The notes: generated by a model not told the origin, from the letters alone. Numbered from the whole stretch's first letter, positions 48,961 to 60,690 are shown. The stretch: 63,944 nt of DNA, filler included, from Chiloscyllium plagiosum (GCF_004010195.1; 5 parts of one record of this genome joined end to end with filler, not necessarily neighbours in it), one strand, 5' to 3'. Numbers and translations are program-made.

Positions 48961-50487
48961 TGCACACATTTGATCAAGATGTTTGATTGTGGAAGGTTAG
49001 GTTTGTACTTGGAGGCCATATTCACCTTCAGTGTTCACGAAGAAGGAGGTTGTGAAGAATTAAATTGTTCTAATACATCTGATAATTGGGATATGAGTAG
49101 AATACCAATAGTTACTGCAACACAAGTTATGTCTGAAACCAGTTCACATCTGTGTTGGAGTCAGAAGACTTGGTGGATGAAATGGAAAATACAATTCCAA
49201 GATCATGTTCAAATTATGTTCGTTTTGGAGAAAACATCTCCCTGAAGTCAGACCCAGATGGGTCAAGGTTCTCAAGTCCTAAACGTTTGGTCACAAAAAC
49301 AGGTGACCACTTAAGAATGGAAAGCATGTGGTTAAGTTGGATTTTTAAAGAAAGAAGAAGCAAACAAAAAAGTAAGTTGCATAGAATTTGAACTTTTGTG
49401 CAACTTTTCCAATAAGGAAGAAGTAGTATAATAGCACCCTCTTGTGGCTACCACAGACCATTGATTGAAAGTAATTGATGGGAGAACGAGAGGGAATTGC
49501 AGGAGTAATCACTTTAGCAGAGATTAGTGGGATCTCAAACTCACTGCCTGAAAGGGCAGTCGTGCTCTACAAATTTTAAACTACTTAGATATGTGCTTGG
49601 ACTACCATATTCTAAAGATCTACAGAGTGAGAGCAAGAAAGTGAAATTAGGTTGTATTATCAGCTGGCACAGACATGATGAACCAAATGGCTTCTATCTG
49701 TGTTTCAAACATTTCTACTTTTTTTCTATTTTTAAGTATAATCTCCAGGTTCAAGGAGCTGAGAGAATTAGACCAGTACATACAAACATAATTCAGTCAT
49801 CACTATATATTCCAACATTTCACCCCTTTTACAAACATACTTCCTTGTTAATTTATTTCTGATTACTCGAGTGAATGCCTTCAGAATATTTGGGTTTTTT
49901 TCCAATGAAGAGAGAGAACATAGAAAACTATGATACTACAGTGCCACTACCAGCAGGAGTGTACAACTGCAGCATGACAAGATATCAGTAGTTTGCAGAT
50001 CTAATATGAACAGATTTATTTACTATCTAATAAATATGTGAACATGCATATTCAAATCATTCATGTAATGTTACCTTTCAACAGTTAGCTACATTTTAAA
50101 GTCTAATGCTTGCTGACATTATTAGTTGCTATTGCTGCTCCTTCTTTCTTTCGAAACTTCCATCATAATTATATTCCTCAACCTTCCTCTCCCTGATCCA
50201 TCAGATTCTTATTCTTACAACTTTAATCTCCCTTTCTTGAAAATGTTGTCATTTCCTAAGGTACACATTAATTTCTCCTGAAACCTCATGTCTGGTTTTT
50301 ACCCCAGCACAGTTATCTTGAAGGGAATATGACTTTGGAGTTCAGTTCAACCTAAAGCTCAGCTCCATATCTCATATCATTTCTACAAACAAGACTATTC
50401 ACTTCCAACCTAATCTTAGGACTGCATCAACCCCACCTGAATTCTCTTGACACCAAAGTCAATACTTCACCACCTACCACACTTGGG

Positions 50488-50805
50488 ACAGCATGGTGGC
50501 TCAGTGGTTAGCACTTCTACCTCACAATACTAGGAACCTGGGTTTGATTCCCACCTTGGGCGACTATTTGTGTGAAGTTTACACATTCTCTCCATGTCTA
50601 CATGGGTTTGCTCTGGTTTCCTTCCACAATCCAAAGATGTGCCGGTCAGGTGAATTGGTCATGCTAAATTGTCCATAGTGATAGGTGCATTTATCAGGGG
50701 TAAGTATAGGATGGGGGAATGGGTCTGGGTGCGTTACTCTTCAGAGGGTCGGTGTGGACTTGTTGGCCTGAAGGGCTTATTTCCATACTGTAGGAAATCT
50801 AATCT
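50488..50805 (+). mobile_element. HE1-type SINE
   Basis: GGTGGCTCAGTGGTTAGCAC head, GGGTTTGATTCC B box, AATCTAATCT tail. Confidence 0.9.
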
Positions 50806-51203
50806 TTGTGAGCCTGTGCCTTTAGTTTTCCTCACTATGCTTGCAAAATGCCCAGCAGCACTTTACTAGCTGTTGAAGTTTTCTAGTTTACTCTGGACAC
50901 TTACAGCATGTATTAATAATCAGAAGGAAATGAACATTATGTAAATGAGTTGACCTTATGAAATTCAACATTTACATGGGGATGCTTAAGTTGGCACTGA
51001 TACAGTTGGCACTGATGTGTAAGGAACACAATAACAACCCCAGCTTTTCATTTCTTTGGTCTGTGTAAAGTGCAGCTGCTTCTCCGTGATTTACAATTTC
51101 TTTAAGATCCATTCAAACTGGCAAAAAGATACAATATGTATAAAAATACAGATCTCATTGCACCTAAGGTAAGTGCTATAAAGGCAATAACTCCACTTAG
51201 ATG

Positions 51204-52437
51204 TGTTATGAAGGTGTAGGTGTGTGCTGTACTTTTGAGAGAGACTAGAAGCTGGCACAGACTTACAGAGGCACAGAGTGTGCTGAAAGAAAAAATGTAA
51301 CATTTGTCTGTGAAACCAATAGTGCAGATGAGTTGCCATGATACAAAAATAAATTCGATTTGTCAATCAGTTTAAATTATGCCCCAGATACTAAAATCCA
51401 ATTGAATTTGAGTTTGGTATTTTTATGACATCAAACCAATGAAACGATCCAATGTTGTGGGGTCTAAAACCAGACATTAGAGGGAGAACTGCCAAGAAAA
51501 CCAACAAATACAGACTGCTAGCTGAATAGCTCTCTGAAAGGTACCTGTTCATATGAAAAACCTGTGAAGCATAATACTGAAGAAAAGACGACAGAGTAAA
51601 ATCTATAGAGGAAGATACAAGATGATTCAACAGCTGGCTGGTTTTGAAATTTGATTTTTTAAAAAATCTTATTCAGGGTTTTTATTGGACCAGTATTATA
51701 GAGTGGGAGGTAAAATATGGGTTTAAGAGAAATGTGTTGTAAATAGTTGTCTAATGTTCTCTTTTGGACTTAAAGTAAAAATTAACTATTTTATTCTTTA
51801 AGTAGTGACCTCTGGGATAGTTCTTTGCCTCTCAAAATGTAACAGATTACGGCATGATGTGAGCTTCTCTGTGTCGGGTTTAACTTAGCAGAGAGGTTTA
51901 CCCCAAGTGTTAAGGTTAAATTAAAGAGTTTGATTTAAAAAATTCCGATTAAGATTTACAAGAAAATTCAAATTTCAAAACCAGTCAGCTGTTGAATCTT
52001 CTCTCTGTACCTTTCTCTGCAGATTTTTTCTCTGTCATCTTTTCTTCAGCATTTTGCTCTTCAGGTCTTTCATATGAACCCGTATATTTCAGAGAGCTAT
52101 TCAGCTAACAGTCAATACTTGTTGGTTTTCTTGGCAGTTCCCACCCTAACTGTTCAAAATGTTTGGTTTTATACCCCGAAACATTGGATCATTTCATTGG
52201 TTTGATGTCATCAAAACACTAAATTCAAATTCGATTGGATTTTGGTATCTGGGGTATAATTTAAAGTGATTGGCTGAATTTGAATTTGTTTTTGTATCAT
52301 GGTAACTCATCTGCACTATTAGTTTCATAGTCAAATGTTACATTTTAAATTCTTTCAGCACACTCTGTGCCTCTGTAAGTCCGTGCCAGCTTCCAGTGTC
52401 TCTTAAAGGTGCAGTACATAACTATACCTTCATAACA
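51204..52437. mobile_element. Fold-back element of two inverted LTR-like arms, flanked by 4-bp TSD GATG
   Basis: Both ends read 5'-TGTTATGAAGGT; arms ~51204-51680 and ~51940-52437 are reverse complements; GATG at 51200-51203 and 52438-52441. Confidence 0.85.
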
Positions 52438-52989
52438 GATGCCCTTAAAACTGAGGATACTATGAGGAGTCATTTGGTATTACAGAATTTGAGTCTTGCT
52501 GAAAAAATATACATTTTGTCAAACCTGCAATCATCAGGACAATTCGTGGTGACATCAATTTAGGGAAAAAGATGAGTGCTATTTGGTTTGCCCATGAACT
52601 CAGATTAGTAAAGGCACTGCCAGTGAGAATGCACAGCTCATGTTGATTGACAGCTAATCCTAACTTTACCAGTTAGCCTTAGGTTTGTTTCACTTTTAAA
52701 CCAGACAGACTAAATCTGGTCAAGGCATTGCCCTGAGAACAACCCAGTGAATGGCTGTCATGAATAGAGTTGAAATGAATGCTATGCATAGAAATGTTCT
52801 TTCTGTCATAAAGAGGGGTTCCCTGTCTATTGATAGATGTAGCTTCTATTACATGCAAGTGCACTACACTGTGGCCTCAACTGACCATCCTAAATTGGTT
52901 ATCAAGGTAATTCGTTGCATACTCCAGATGGAATAACCCCACATAGGGCAGGTATCCATCACCATGTCACATTTACACATGAACAGTCT

Positions 52990-53806
52990 TGAGTTGAAAC
53001 TTTATTGCTGGAACAGCACAGCAGGTCAGGCAGCATCCAGGGAACAGGAGATTCGACGTTTCGGGCACAGGCCCTTCTTCAGGAATGAGCAGAGAGTGTT
53101 CAGCAGGAGAAGATAAAAGGTAGGGAGGAGGGACTTGGAGGAGGGGCGTTGGAAATGTGATAGGTGGAAAGAGGTCAAGGTGAGGGTGATAGGTCGGAGT
53201 AGGATGGAGGCGGAGAGGTCAAGAAGAAGACTGCAGGTCAGGAAGGCGGTGCCGGGCTGGAGGGATTCGGCTGAGACAAGGTGGGGGGAGGGGGGATGAA
53301 GAAACTGGTGAAGTCCAAGTTCATCCCCTGTGGTTGGAGGGTTCCCAGTCGGAAGATAAGACGCTCCTCCTCCGACCATTTCGGCTGAGACAAGGTGGGG
53401 GGAGGGGGGATGAAGAAACTGGTGTAGTCCAAGTTCATCCCCTGTGGTTGGAGGGTTCCCAGTCGGAAGATAAGACGCTCCTCCTCCGACCGTCGGGTTG
53501 TTGTGGTTTGGCGGTGGATGAGTCCAATGCCCTGCATATCCTCGGTGGAGTGGGAGGGGGAGTTGAAATGCTGTGCTACAGGGTGGTTGGGTTGGTGCGT
53601 CCGGGTGGCCCAGAGGTGCTCTCTGAATCGCTCCGCAAGTAGGCGGCCTGTCTCCCCAATATAGAGGAGGCCGCACCGGCTGCAGCGGATGCAGTAGATG
53701 ATGTGGGTGGAGGTGCAGGTGAATCTGTGGCGGATATGGAAGTTTCCTTTGGGGCCTTGGAGAGAAGTGAGGGGGGAGGTGTGGGCGCAAGTGTTGCACC
53801 TCCTGC
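52990..53806 (-). mobile_element. Neptune-type Penelope 3' end (GIY-YIG + pLTR) with a 114-bp tandem duplication
   Basis: CNTC..FTCTSTHIIYCIRCSRCGLLYIGETGR; repeats at 53266-53377 and 53380-53491. Confidence 0.9.
53051..53086 (-). ncRNA. Minimal type-I hammerhead ribozyme
   Basis: ATTC-CTGAAGA-A-GGGC-CTGT-GCCC-GAA-ACGT-C-GAAT: stem I ATTC/GAAT, CUGANGA core, stem II, palindromic stem III, GUC cleavage triplet. Confidence 0.85.
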
Positions 53807-53819
53807 TTGACTTTAGTAC

Positions 53820-53976
53820 TGCTTCATTCAGTGTCAGCTGCCAGAGTGTCAACCTCTCTGATACTCCCCTTTTTATCTGTCAGCCTGGGTTCCCTGATTG
53901 GACCAGATTAATAGCCCCAGTCACGAACCACATATTCTATGAGGTCCATAGGGCTAACCATGTTCTAATCACGACA
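53820..53976 (-). mobile_element. Truncated LTR of the same family as 47041-47896
   Basis: Reverse complement TGTCGTG...CATAGAATATG...GGGGCTATTAATCTGGTCCAATCAGGGAACCC. Confidence 0.6.
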
Positions 53977-54639
53977 CAGGACCATCATAAGACGTCCGAT
54001 TTCAAAATTACAGCTAATGTTGGACACTGGGTTTCACATTTTGCAAGTGCAGGGGTGGTTTGGGCTTGGTCAGTATCTTGCTTGTTCTGAACAGTAGAAG
54101 AGATATGCTGTTAGGTCTTATGGCCTGTATACTTAGCATCACACTGGTGCTGAAACTCATATATCATATCTTAATTTATGTGATGTGTAGAATGTCTTTC
54201 TTTGCTTGAAAGTAGCACTGTGTTAGTGGTAAATACTCCAATGTTGCTATTGCATCAGAGCAACTTGAACCAGATAACTTCGCCTGTTGCTCAAAATTTG
54301 AAGGTTCTTACCCTCAGGGGGCCAGACACTTTTCAGGAACAAAAGTGATTTTTTTTTTGGCTGGGGGTGCAGAAACCTGCACAATATACAACAATAAATA
54401 ATCTTATCAGGGTAGCCGTTATTCCACAGGGATAGCTGATGAAGAATAAGCCAAGTAGTTTGTTTCCGCATGATGAGTCCTTGTTAGTTCCCTCACCACC
54501 TGCTGCACATCCAGTCTCACAAGAGTCTTTCTGGACTCAGTCAGCCTCTAACAAGCAACCTTTGCAAGCAGACATTGCCATGCCTGACTGAGAATGCATT
54601 TTGTCTTCATTTTTTTCCCATCACTGCTTCCTCCAAGGG

Positions 54640-55170
54640 ATGGTCAACATTGATTCATTGGTTGGTAATGGTGGAGAAGTTAATGGATGATAGTGTTTAA
54701 TTGAACATTAAAGCCTTCCCAGGGCTCAAAAAAAAATGTTAAAGAGACGATATTAGATTGGGTGATTGTACGCAATGTTGATACATCACCAGGACTAAAT
54801 GAGATGTATCTAAGGATATTGAGGGAAGAAAAGACAAACTACAGATTCATAGGTCATACCTTTTCAATCATCCCTTGAAATAGGGGAGAGGGAAAGTGAA
54901 AGAGGATTGAAGAATTTTATCTGTTGCACTCTGATTTATATAAGTGTGTGAGGATAAGCCCAGAAACTCCTGGCCATTCAGTTCAACTTTGGCGGTAGAA
55001 ATACCTTCAGAAACATGACTCCAGCTCAAAATTAACAGTTACTTGTTCAAATGTAGAGGAATTAAGGCAAACTAGCATGGATTTGTTAGGGGCAAATCAT
55101 ATTTGACTCAGTTGTCCAGGGCAGTTTTAGGACTCCTGCTTTTCTTTGTTCACATTAATGGTCTGGACTT
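54640..55170 (+). mobile_element. Decayed CR1-type ORF2 fragment
   Basis: SPGLNEMYLRILRE (~54786), HGFVRGKSYLT (~55076). Confidence 0.6.
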
Positions 55171-55238
55171 CAATTGATGAACCACGTCGTATTGTGCACC
55201 ATCTGGTGGACAGTGTTAAACATTAAAAAGACTTAGAC

Positions 55239-56411
55239 GGGAAATCCAAGATGGCGGCGACCCAGTAAGACTGAGTCTATAGTGCTCCTCCCAAGACTTG
55301 GGTTCATTGGGTCACCTACCCCCTACCAAGCTCACCAAATCATTTATAATAGTTTTGTAATTTAATTAGTTGTGTAATATTACATTTAAACAATTTAATC
55401 CTAAGTTAAAATGACTAAAGGGAAGGGAGCCCGCAGCTCTCAGCAAGCAGGAACCCCTCCCCCACCCTCTCCAGCTGCAGCAGAGGCGTCCACAGCCGCC
55501 CCGGGGGACTTACCAACAGTAACAAGCCTTGCAGAAATGCTTTCCAAGCTTGACTCGAAGATCGATGCCTTTATTGCAGAATCCAGAAATCGTTGGGACT
55601 CGCTCTCGGCCGCGCTGCAGAAGCACGACCGAGAGATTGAAGAAATTCAATATCGAGTCGGAGGGGCGGAGCTAAAGGCCGCGACCTCCAAAAATACCGC
55701 TCAATCGGCCGTGGATCAGGTCCGGACTCTCGAGCAGCGAGTGCGGACCTTGGAAAATCATATTGACGACCTCGATAATCGAGGTCGCCGAAAAAATATT
55801 CGTTTGCTGGGCCTTCCCGAACGGGAAGAGGAAGGCCAGCTTACAGCATTCCTGGAGCAGTGGCTGCCACAACTTTTAAATCTGCAAGCTGGATCAGGCC
55901 AGGTAAGGGTGGAATGGGCCTACCGGGTAGCAATACACGGGCCCGGCTCGAACCAGCGCCCACGCCCGGTCCTGTTCCGGCTGCAGAGCTACAAGGAGAG
56001 GCAGATACTCCTAGAAGCCTCTAGAAATCTCGGAAAAGACCCCCAAGCTATGATCCACAAAGGATCCAAGATCATTCTATTTCAGGACTTTTCCCCGGCT
56101 CTGGTTCGAAAGAGGAAAGCATTCGACGAGGCGAAGAAGCGTTTAAGGGACTTAAATGTACAGTACTCCTTACGCTACCCAGCGACGTTACGCTTTAACC
56201 ATGAAGGATCCGTATATAACTTTGGACCACCAGAAAAGGCTAAGGAATTCTTGGACTCCCTTAGATAAACTGTAGGACATAATGGATGTTGGTCGTCCTT
56301 CCCCCCTCCCCGTTTTGGTTTATATCCCCTCCCTTTTTTTTCTTACCTTACTGCTTAATATTATCATGGGGGGGGTGGGGAGAGGGATTTGATTTTCTCC
56401 CCCCCCCCCCC
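55239..56411 (+). mobile_element. 5' part of a young L1 copy (5'UTR with YY1-like CAAGATGGCG, ORF1, inter-ORF), cut by a gap
   Basis: Same 5' start as the L1 at 38719. Confidence 0.9.
55411..56268 (+). CDS. L1 ORF1p (Transposase_22-like: coiled coil, RRM, CTD), intact 285 aa
   Basis: Heptads then DLDNRGRRKNIRLLGLPE, RPRPVLFRL, FQDFSPALVRKRKAF, YPATLRF. Confidence 0.9.
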   Translation: MTKGKGARSSQQAGTPPPPSPAAAEASTAAPGDLPTVTSLAEMLSKLDSKIDAFIAESRNRWDSLSAALQKHDREIEEIQYRVGGAELKAATSKNTAQSAVDQVRTLEQRVRTLENHIDDLDNRGRRKNIRLLGLPEREEEGQLTAFLEQWLPQLLNLQAGSGQVRVEWAYRVAIHGPGSNQRPRPVLFRLQSYKERQILLEASRNLGKDPQAMIHKGSKIILFQDFSPALVRKRKAFDEAKKRLRDLNVQYSLRYPATLRFNHEGSVYNFGPPEKAKEFLDSLR

Positions 56412-56554
56412 NNNNNNNNNNNNNNNNNNNNNNNNNNNNNNNNNNNNNNNNNNNNTTAATTAATTAANNNNNNNNNNNNNNNNNNNNNNNNNNNNNNNNN
56501 NNNNNNNNNNNAGGGCCTGTTTCCACACTGTAAATAATCTAATCTAATCTAATC

Positions 56555-56802
56555 CCAAGCATGTAAGAGACTTAAATATACACTCTGGTTAGTTGTAGGT
56601 TAGATTAGTAGATAGTTGAGTTTTGTTTGTTTGTTTTGTTTTTCTTTTCGGTTTTTTTTGTTGTTTTGTTTTTTTTTGTTAAATTTTGGCTATTGTATAT
56701 TTGAGCTAATTGTATATCAATGTTTATATCTGAGAGTTTTGTTTATTTTTGTAAACTTGTAAAAATGTTAAATTTCTAATAAAAATATCTATTAAAAAAA
56801 AA
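56555..56802 (+). mobile_element. L1 3'UTR and A tail (preceded by a SINE tail at 56512-56553)
   Basis: Matches 44220-44355 (ctggttagtt..aggttagattagtag..AATAAAAATATCTA). Confidence 0.8.
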
Positions 56803-57189
56803 GTTGTTCATGATCAAGCCCACAGTATTTCTTGGTTTATACTGTGCCCCACTGTGGAACTATTATTTGGGGACCTATACCTTATTCCCATCAGAGACTT
56901 CTTCCACTTGCTATTTATTATTTCCATCCAGACTGATTCTTCATCTTGATCTCCACAGCTGACATCATTCTTCGAATCATAGAATCCCAACGGTGTTGAA
57001 GCAAGCCATTTGGCCCATCTGGTACACCGACCCTCCAAAAAGCATCTCAGTCTATTCCTGTAACCCTGCATTTCCTATGGCTAATCCACCTGGCTTGCAC
57101 ATTCCTGGATACTTGGGGTAGTTTAGAAAATAGAACAGTACAGCACACACAGCCTCAAGGGAGAGTTCATTGAAAACATTAGAGATTGT

Positions 57190-57375
57190 TTCATTCTAAT
57201 AAATTGCTCGCAGAAGTTCTAGAAAGTGGAACAAACAGAACAGTTCTGAAAAAAGGTCGCTGGACCCGAAACATTGACTCTGCTTTCCCTCCACACATGC
57301 TGCCAGACCTGCTGAGTTTCTCCAACAATTTCTGTTTTTGTGTAGATTTCCAGCATCCTGCGGTTCTTTGATTTT
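57190..57375 (+). mobile_element. Penelope-type pLTR end with degenerate hammerhead motif
   Basis: CAGTTCTGAAAAAAGGTCGCTGGACCCGAAACATTGACTCTG...TGCTGCCAGACCTGCTGAG. Confidence 0.7.
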
Positions 57376-57995
57376 TGTTGACTGGGACGTTCGTCTTTGT
57401 CTCAAGAGGATTGGAATATAAGAATAGAAAGGCCTTATTGCAACCGTATAAGGTGCTAGTGAAACCACATCTGGTATATACTGTTTCCGTCCTGTTATTT
57501 AAGGAAAGTTATTGTTTCACTGAAGGCAATTCAGAGAGCTTCACGAGGACGATCCCTTGTATGGAGAGAGTGTCTTATGAGCAAAGGATAAGCATGTTGG
57601 GACTCTATTCATTATGGTTTAGAAGAATGAGAAATGATCTCATTGAAATATACAGGATTCCTCAGGGGTTTGAAAAGGTGAAGGCTGAGTGGATACTTTG
57701 CCTTATGGGATAATCAAGGAATGCAAATTTAAGACTGAGGAGAAATTTCTTCTCTCAGAGGATTGAGAGTCTTTGGAACTCCTTGCCACAGACAGCAGTG
57801 GGGGCAGAGTCCTTGCCTATATTTAAGGCTGATATAGCTAAAATCCCGATCATTAGGGGAATCAAGGCTTATGGGAAAATGCAGGCAAGTGAATGTGAGG
57901 AATGTCAGATCAGCCACAATCCTACTGAATCGTGGAGCGGGTTCGAGGGGCCGAATAGCCTACTCCTCTTCCTTTTCCAATATGGTCTTTGTTCT
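57375..57995 (+). mobile_element. CR1/L2-type LINE 3' end
   Basis: GLEYKNRKALLQPYKVLVKPHL...LGLYSLWFRRMRNDLIEIY. Confidence 0.85.
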
Positions 57996-58024
57996 AAGGT
58001 CAAACCTAAGGACAGCAATTTCTG

Positions 58025-58225
58025 TCCCCGAAGGGCATTGGTGAACCAGATGGGTTTTTACATCAATCACCAATGGTTTCATAATCATCATTAAACTTTT
58101 AATGACATATTTTTATTGAATTTAAATTCTACCATCTTTCATCGTGAAATGGAACCCAGGACCCCAGCACATTACCTGAGTTTCTGGATTAATAATCCAG
58201 CAACAATGCCACCAGGCCATTGCCT
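58025..58225 (-). mobile_element. tRNA-derived SINE (second family), decayed
   Basis: Reverse complement: ggcaatggcctggtggcattgttgctggattattaatccagaaactcaggtaatgtgctggggtcctgggttcc. Confidence 0.6.
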
Positions 58226-58802
58226 ATAAATTGGGGATTGCAGTCAAGGTGCTACAGGTTATGCTTGGGCACAGAGGGTAATGATAATGTCAAGTGGAGG
58301 TACCTGGCCTGGAATGTTCAGTTTGTGGACTCTTCACTTGTACTTCATAGGATCATGAATGGAATCTATCATGTATCTACAGTCTCCAGGAGAGAAAAGT
58401 CACAAGTCTGAGGTTATTAAAGCCATGCTAGAAAATCTAAAGCACTGAGGTGGGCAATGGCTAAAGCACATGTCAATTGTGCAGATGAGTAAAGAGAACA
58501 GATCAAAATATTGTGCCCTATAACAGCAAAAATATTAGTAACAATGCTTCGGCATTGCAAGTCTTCAATGAAGACTTATTGTATTCTGCAGTACCGCAGG
58601 ATCTACAACACTGCCTTCTGAAGAGGAGGTTCTAATGCCTGGAGTGTTTAGGCAGTGTGAAGCAATACAACCCATATAGGGTATCCTGCAACATAGCAAT
58701 GTGATTCACCTTCCACAACCTTAGTTGTCAAAAGGAGGAAGAGAATACATTGGCTGAGGAAGAGCTGCAGGTAAGACAGAAAACCTCTGAGGGAGGAAAA
58801 AA

Positions 58803-60690
58803 AGAGTCATAGAGTCCAACAGCACTGAGATAAGCCCTTTGGCCCAAACTGGTATACATCAACCAAAATGTCCAATGACGGTAACCCTATATCCCTGCAC
58901 TTGGCCCATATCCTTATCAACCTTTCCTATCCATGTATTTTTCCAAATGCCTTTTAAATATTGTTAATGTACCTGCCTTTCCCCCGACCTTAAACTGATG
59001 CTCTCCAATCCTCTATTCCCAACCCTGGGAAAAAGACTGAGTGCATTCACCCTATCCATGTCTCTCATGATCTTATACACTTCTATAAAGATCTCTCCCT
59101 CAGTCTCCTAAACTTTAAAAAAAAGTCCTAGCTTGTTCCTATAACTCAGTCCCTCGAGTCCTGGCAACATCCTTGTAGATTTCTTCTGCACTCTTTCCAG
59201 TTTAATAACATCCTTCCTGTAGCAAGGTGACCAAAACTGAACACAGTGCTCCAAGTGCATCCTCACCAACATGCTGTACAACTGCAACATTACTTCCCAA
59301 CTTCTATACTCAGTCATGATTTGGAGATGCCGGTGTTGGACTGTCTGTTGATTGTCTGTTGAGTCTTTCATCTGTTTGAATACCATGATAGTTTCAAACA
59401 GATGAAAGACTCAACAATCATTTTTTCAATGTATAATTTCAGTTACGTCACACTATAAATTTTTGCTATAAATTCTGTGTGTTAGGATTGAGCCCTCGAC
59501 TATCACCTGATGAAGGAGTGACGCTCCGAACGCTAGTGTGCTTCCAATTAAACCTGTTGGACTATAACCTGGTGTTGTGTGATTTTTAACTCTATACTCA
59601 GTGCCCTGGCTGATGAAGGCCAGTGTGCCAAAAGCCTTCTTCACTGCCCTGTCTACCTGTAACTCCACTTTCAGAGAACTGTGCATCTGAACTCCAAGGT
59701 CCCTCTGTTCCAATACACTCCTTAAGGCCTTACCATTCATCATGAAACTCCTACCTTGATTTCACTTTTCAAGACCTCACACTTATCTAAATTAAACTCC
59801 ATTTGCCATTTTTTGGCCCCTCTTCCCCAGCAGATCAACATTCTGCTGCAATTTCTGATAATCATCCTCACTGTCCACGATACCATCTATTTTAGTGACA
59901 TCTGCAAACTTACTAATCATGCCATGTACATTCTTAACCAAATCATTGACATTGATAACAAACAACAATGGGCCCAGCACCGACCCTGAGGCACTCCACT
60001 AGTCACGGGCCTCCAGTCCAACAAGCATCCTTCCATTATCACCCTCTGCTTCCTACCACCAAGCCAATTGTGTATCCAATTTGCCAGCTCCCCCGGAGTC
60101 CATGCGATCTAACCTTTTAGAACAGCCTACCATGTGGAACCTTATCAAAGGCCTTACCGAAATCCATATAGAGTACATCTATCGCCCTCGTTAACCTTCC
60201 TGGTCAATACATAAAAGAACTTAAACAACTTTGTAACACATGATCTCCCACTCACAAAGCCATATTAACTATTCCTAATCAAGCTCTCTCTTTCCAATGC
60301 ATTTATATCTTATCTCTCAGAATCATCTCAAGTAACTTACCTGCCACAGATGTCAAGCTTATTGATATATAGTTCCAAGGTTTTTCCTTGTAGCTTTTTT
60401 TTGAATAATGGCACATTCGCTGCCTTCCAGTCTTCAGGGACCTCATCCATGGCTAATGATGATGCAAAAGTATCAGCCAGGTTCCCTGCAATTTCTTCTC
60501 TCGCCTCTTACAGTGTTCTTGGATATATCTGGTCAGGACCAGGAGATTTATCCATCTTGATATATGCTAATACATCCAACACCTCCTCTGCTGTGATATG
60601 GATTGTGCCCAAGTTATCTCCATTAACTTCCCCAATGTCCCAAGTCTTCATGTCTTTCGCCATGGTAAACACAGAGGAGAAGTACACATA
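58803..60690 (-). mobile_element. CR1-type LINE 3' part, interrupted at 59315-59590
   Basis: KSPGPDQIYPRTL, LGPLLFVINVNDL, SKFADVTKI, HLEHCVQFWSPCY; GAGTCATAGAGTC tail. Confidence 0.9.
59315..59590 (+). mobile_element. Short hammerhead-bearing pLTR-type element with inverted 5' segments
   Basis: 12-bp TSD TCTATACTCAGT (59303-59314, 59591-59602); CAC-CTGATGA-AGGAGTGACGCTCC-GAAC-GCTA-GTG ~59504-59538. Confidence 0.85.
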
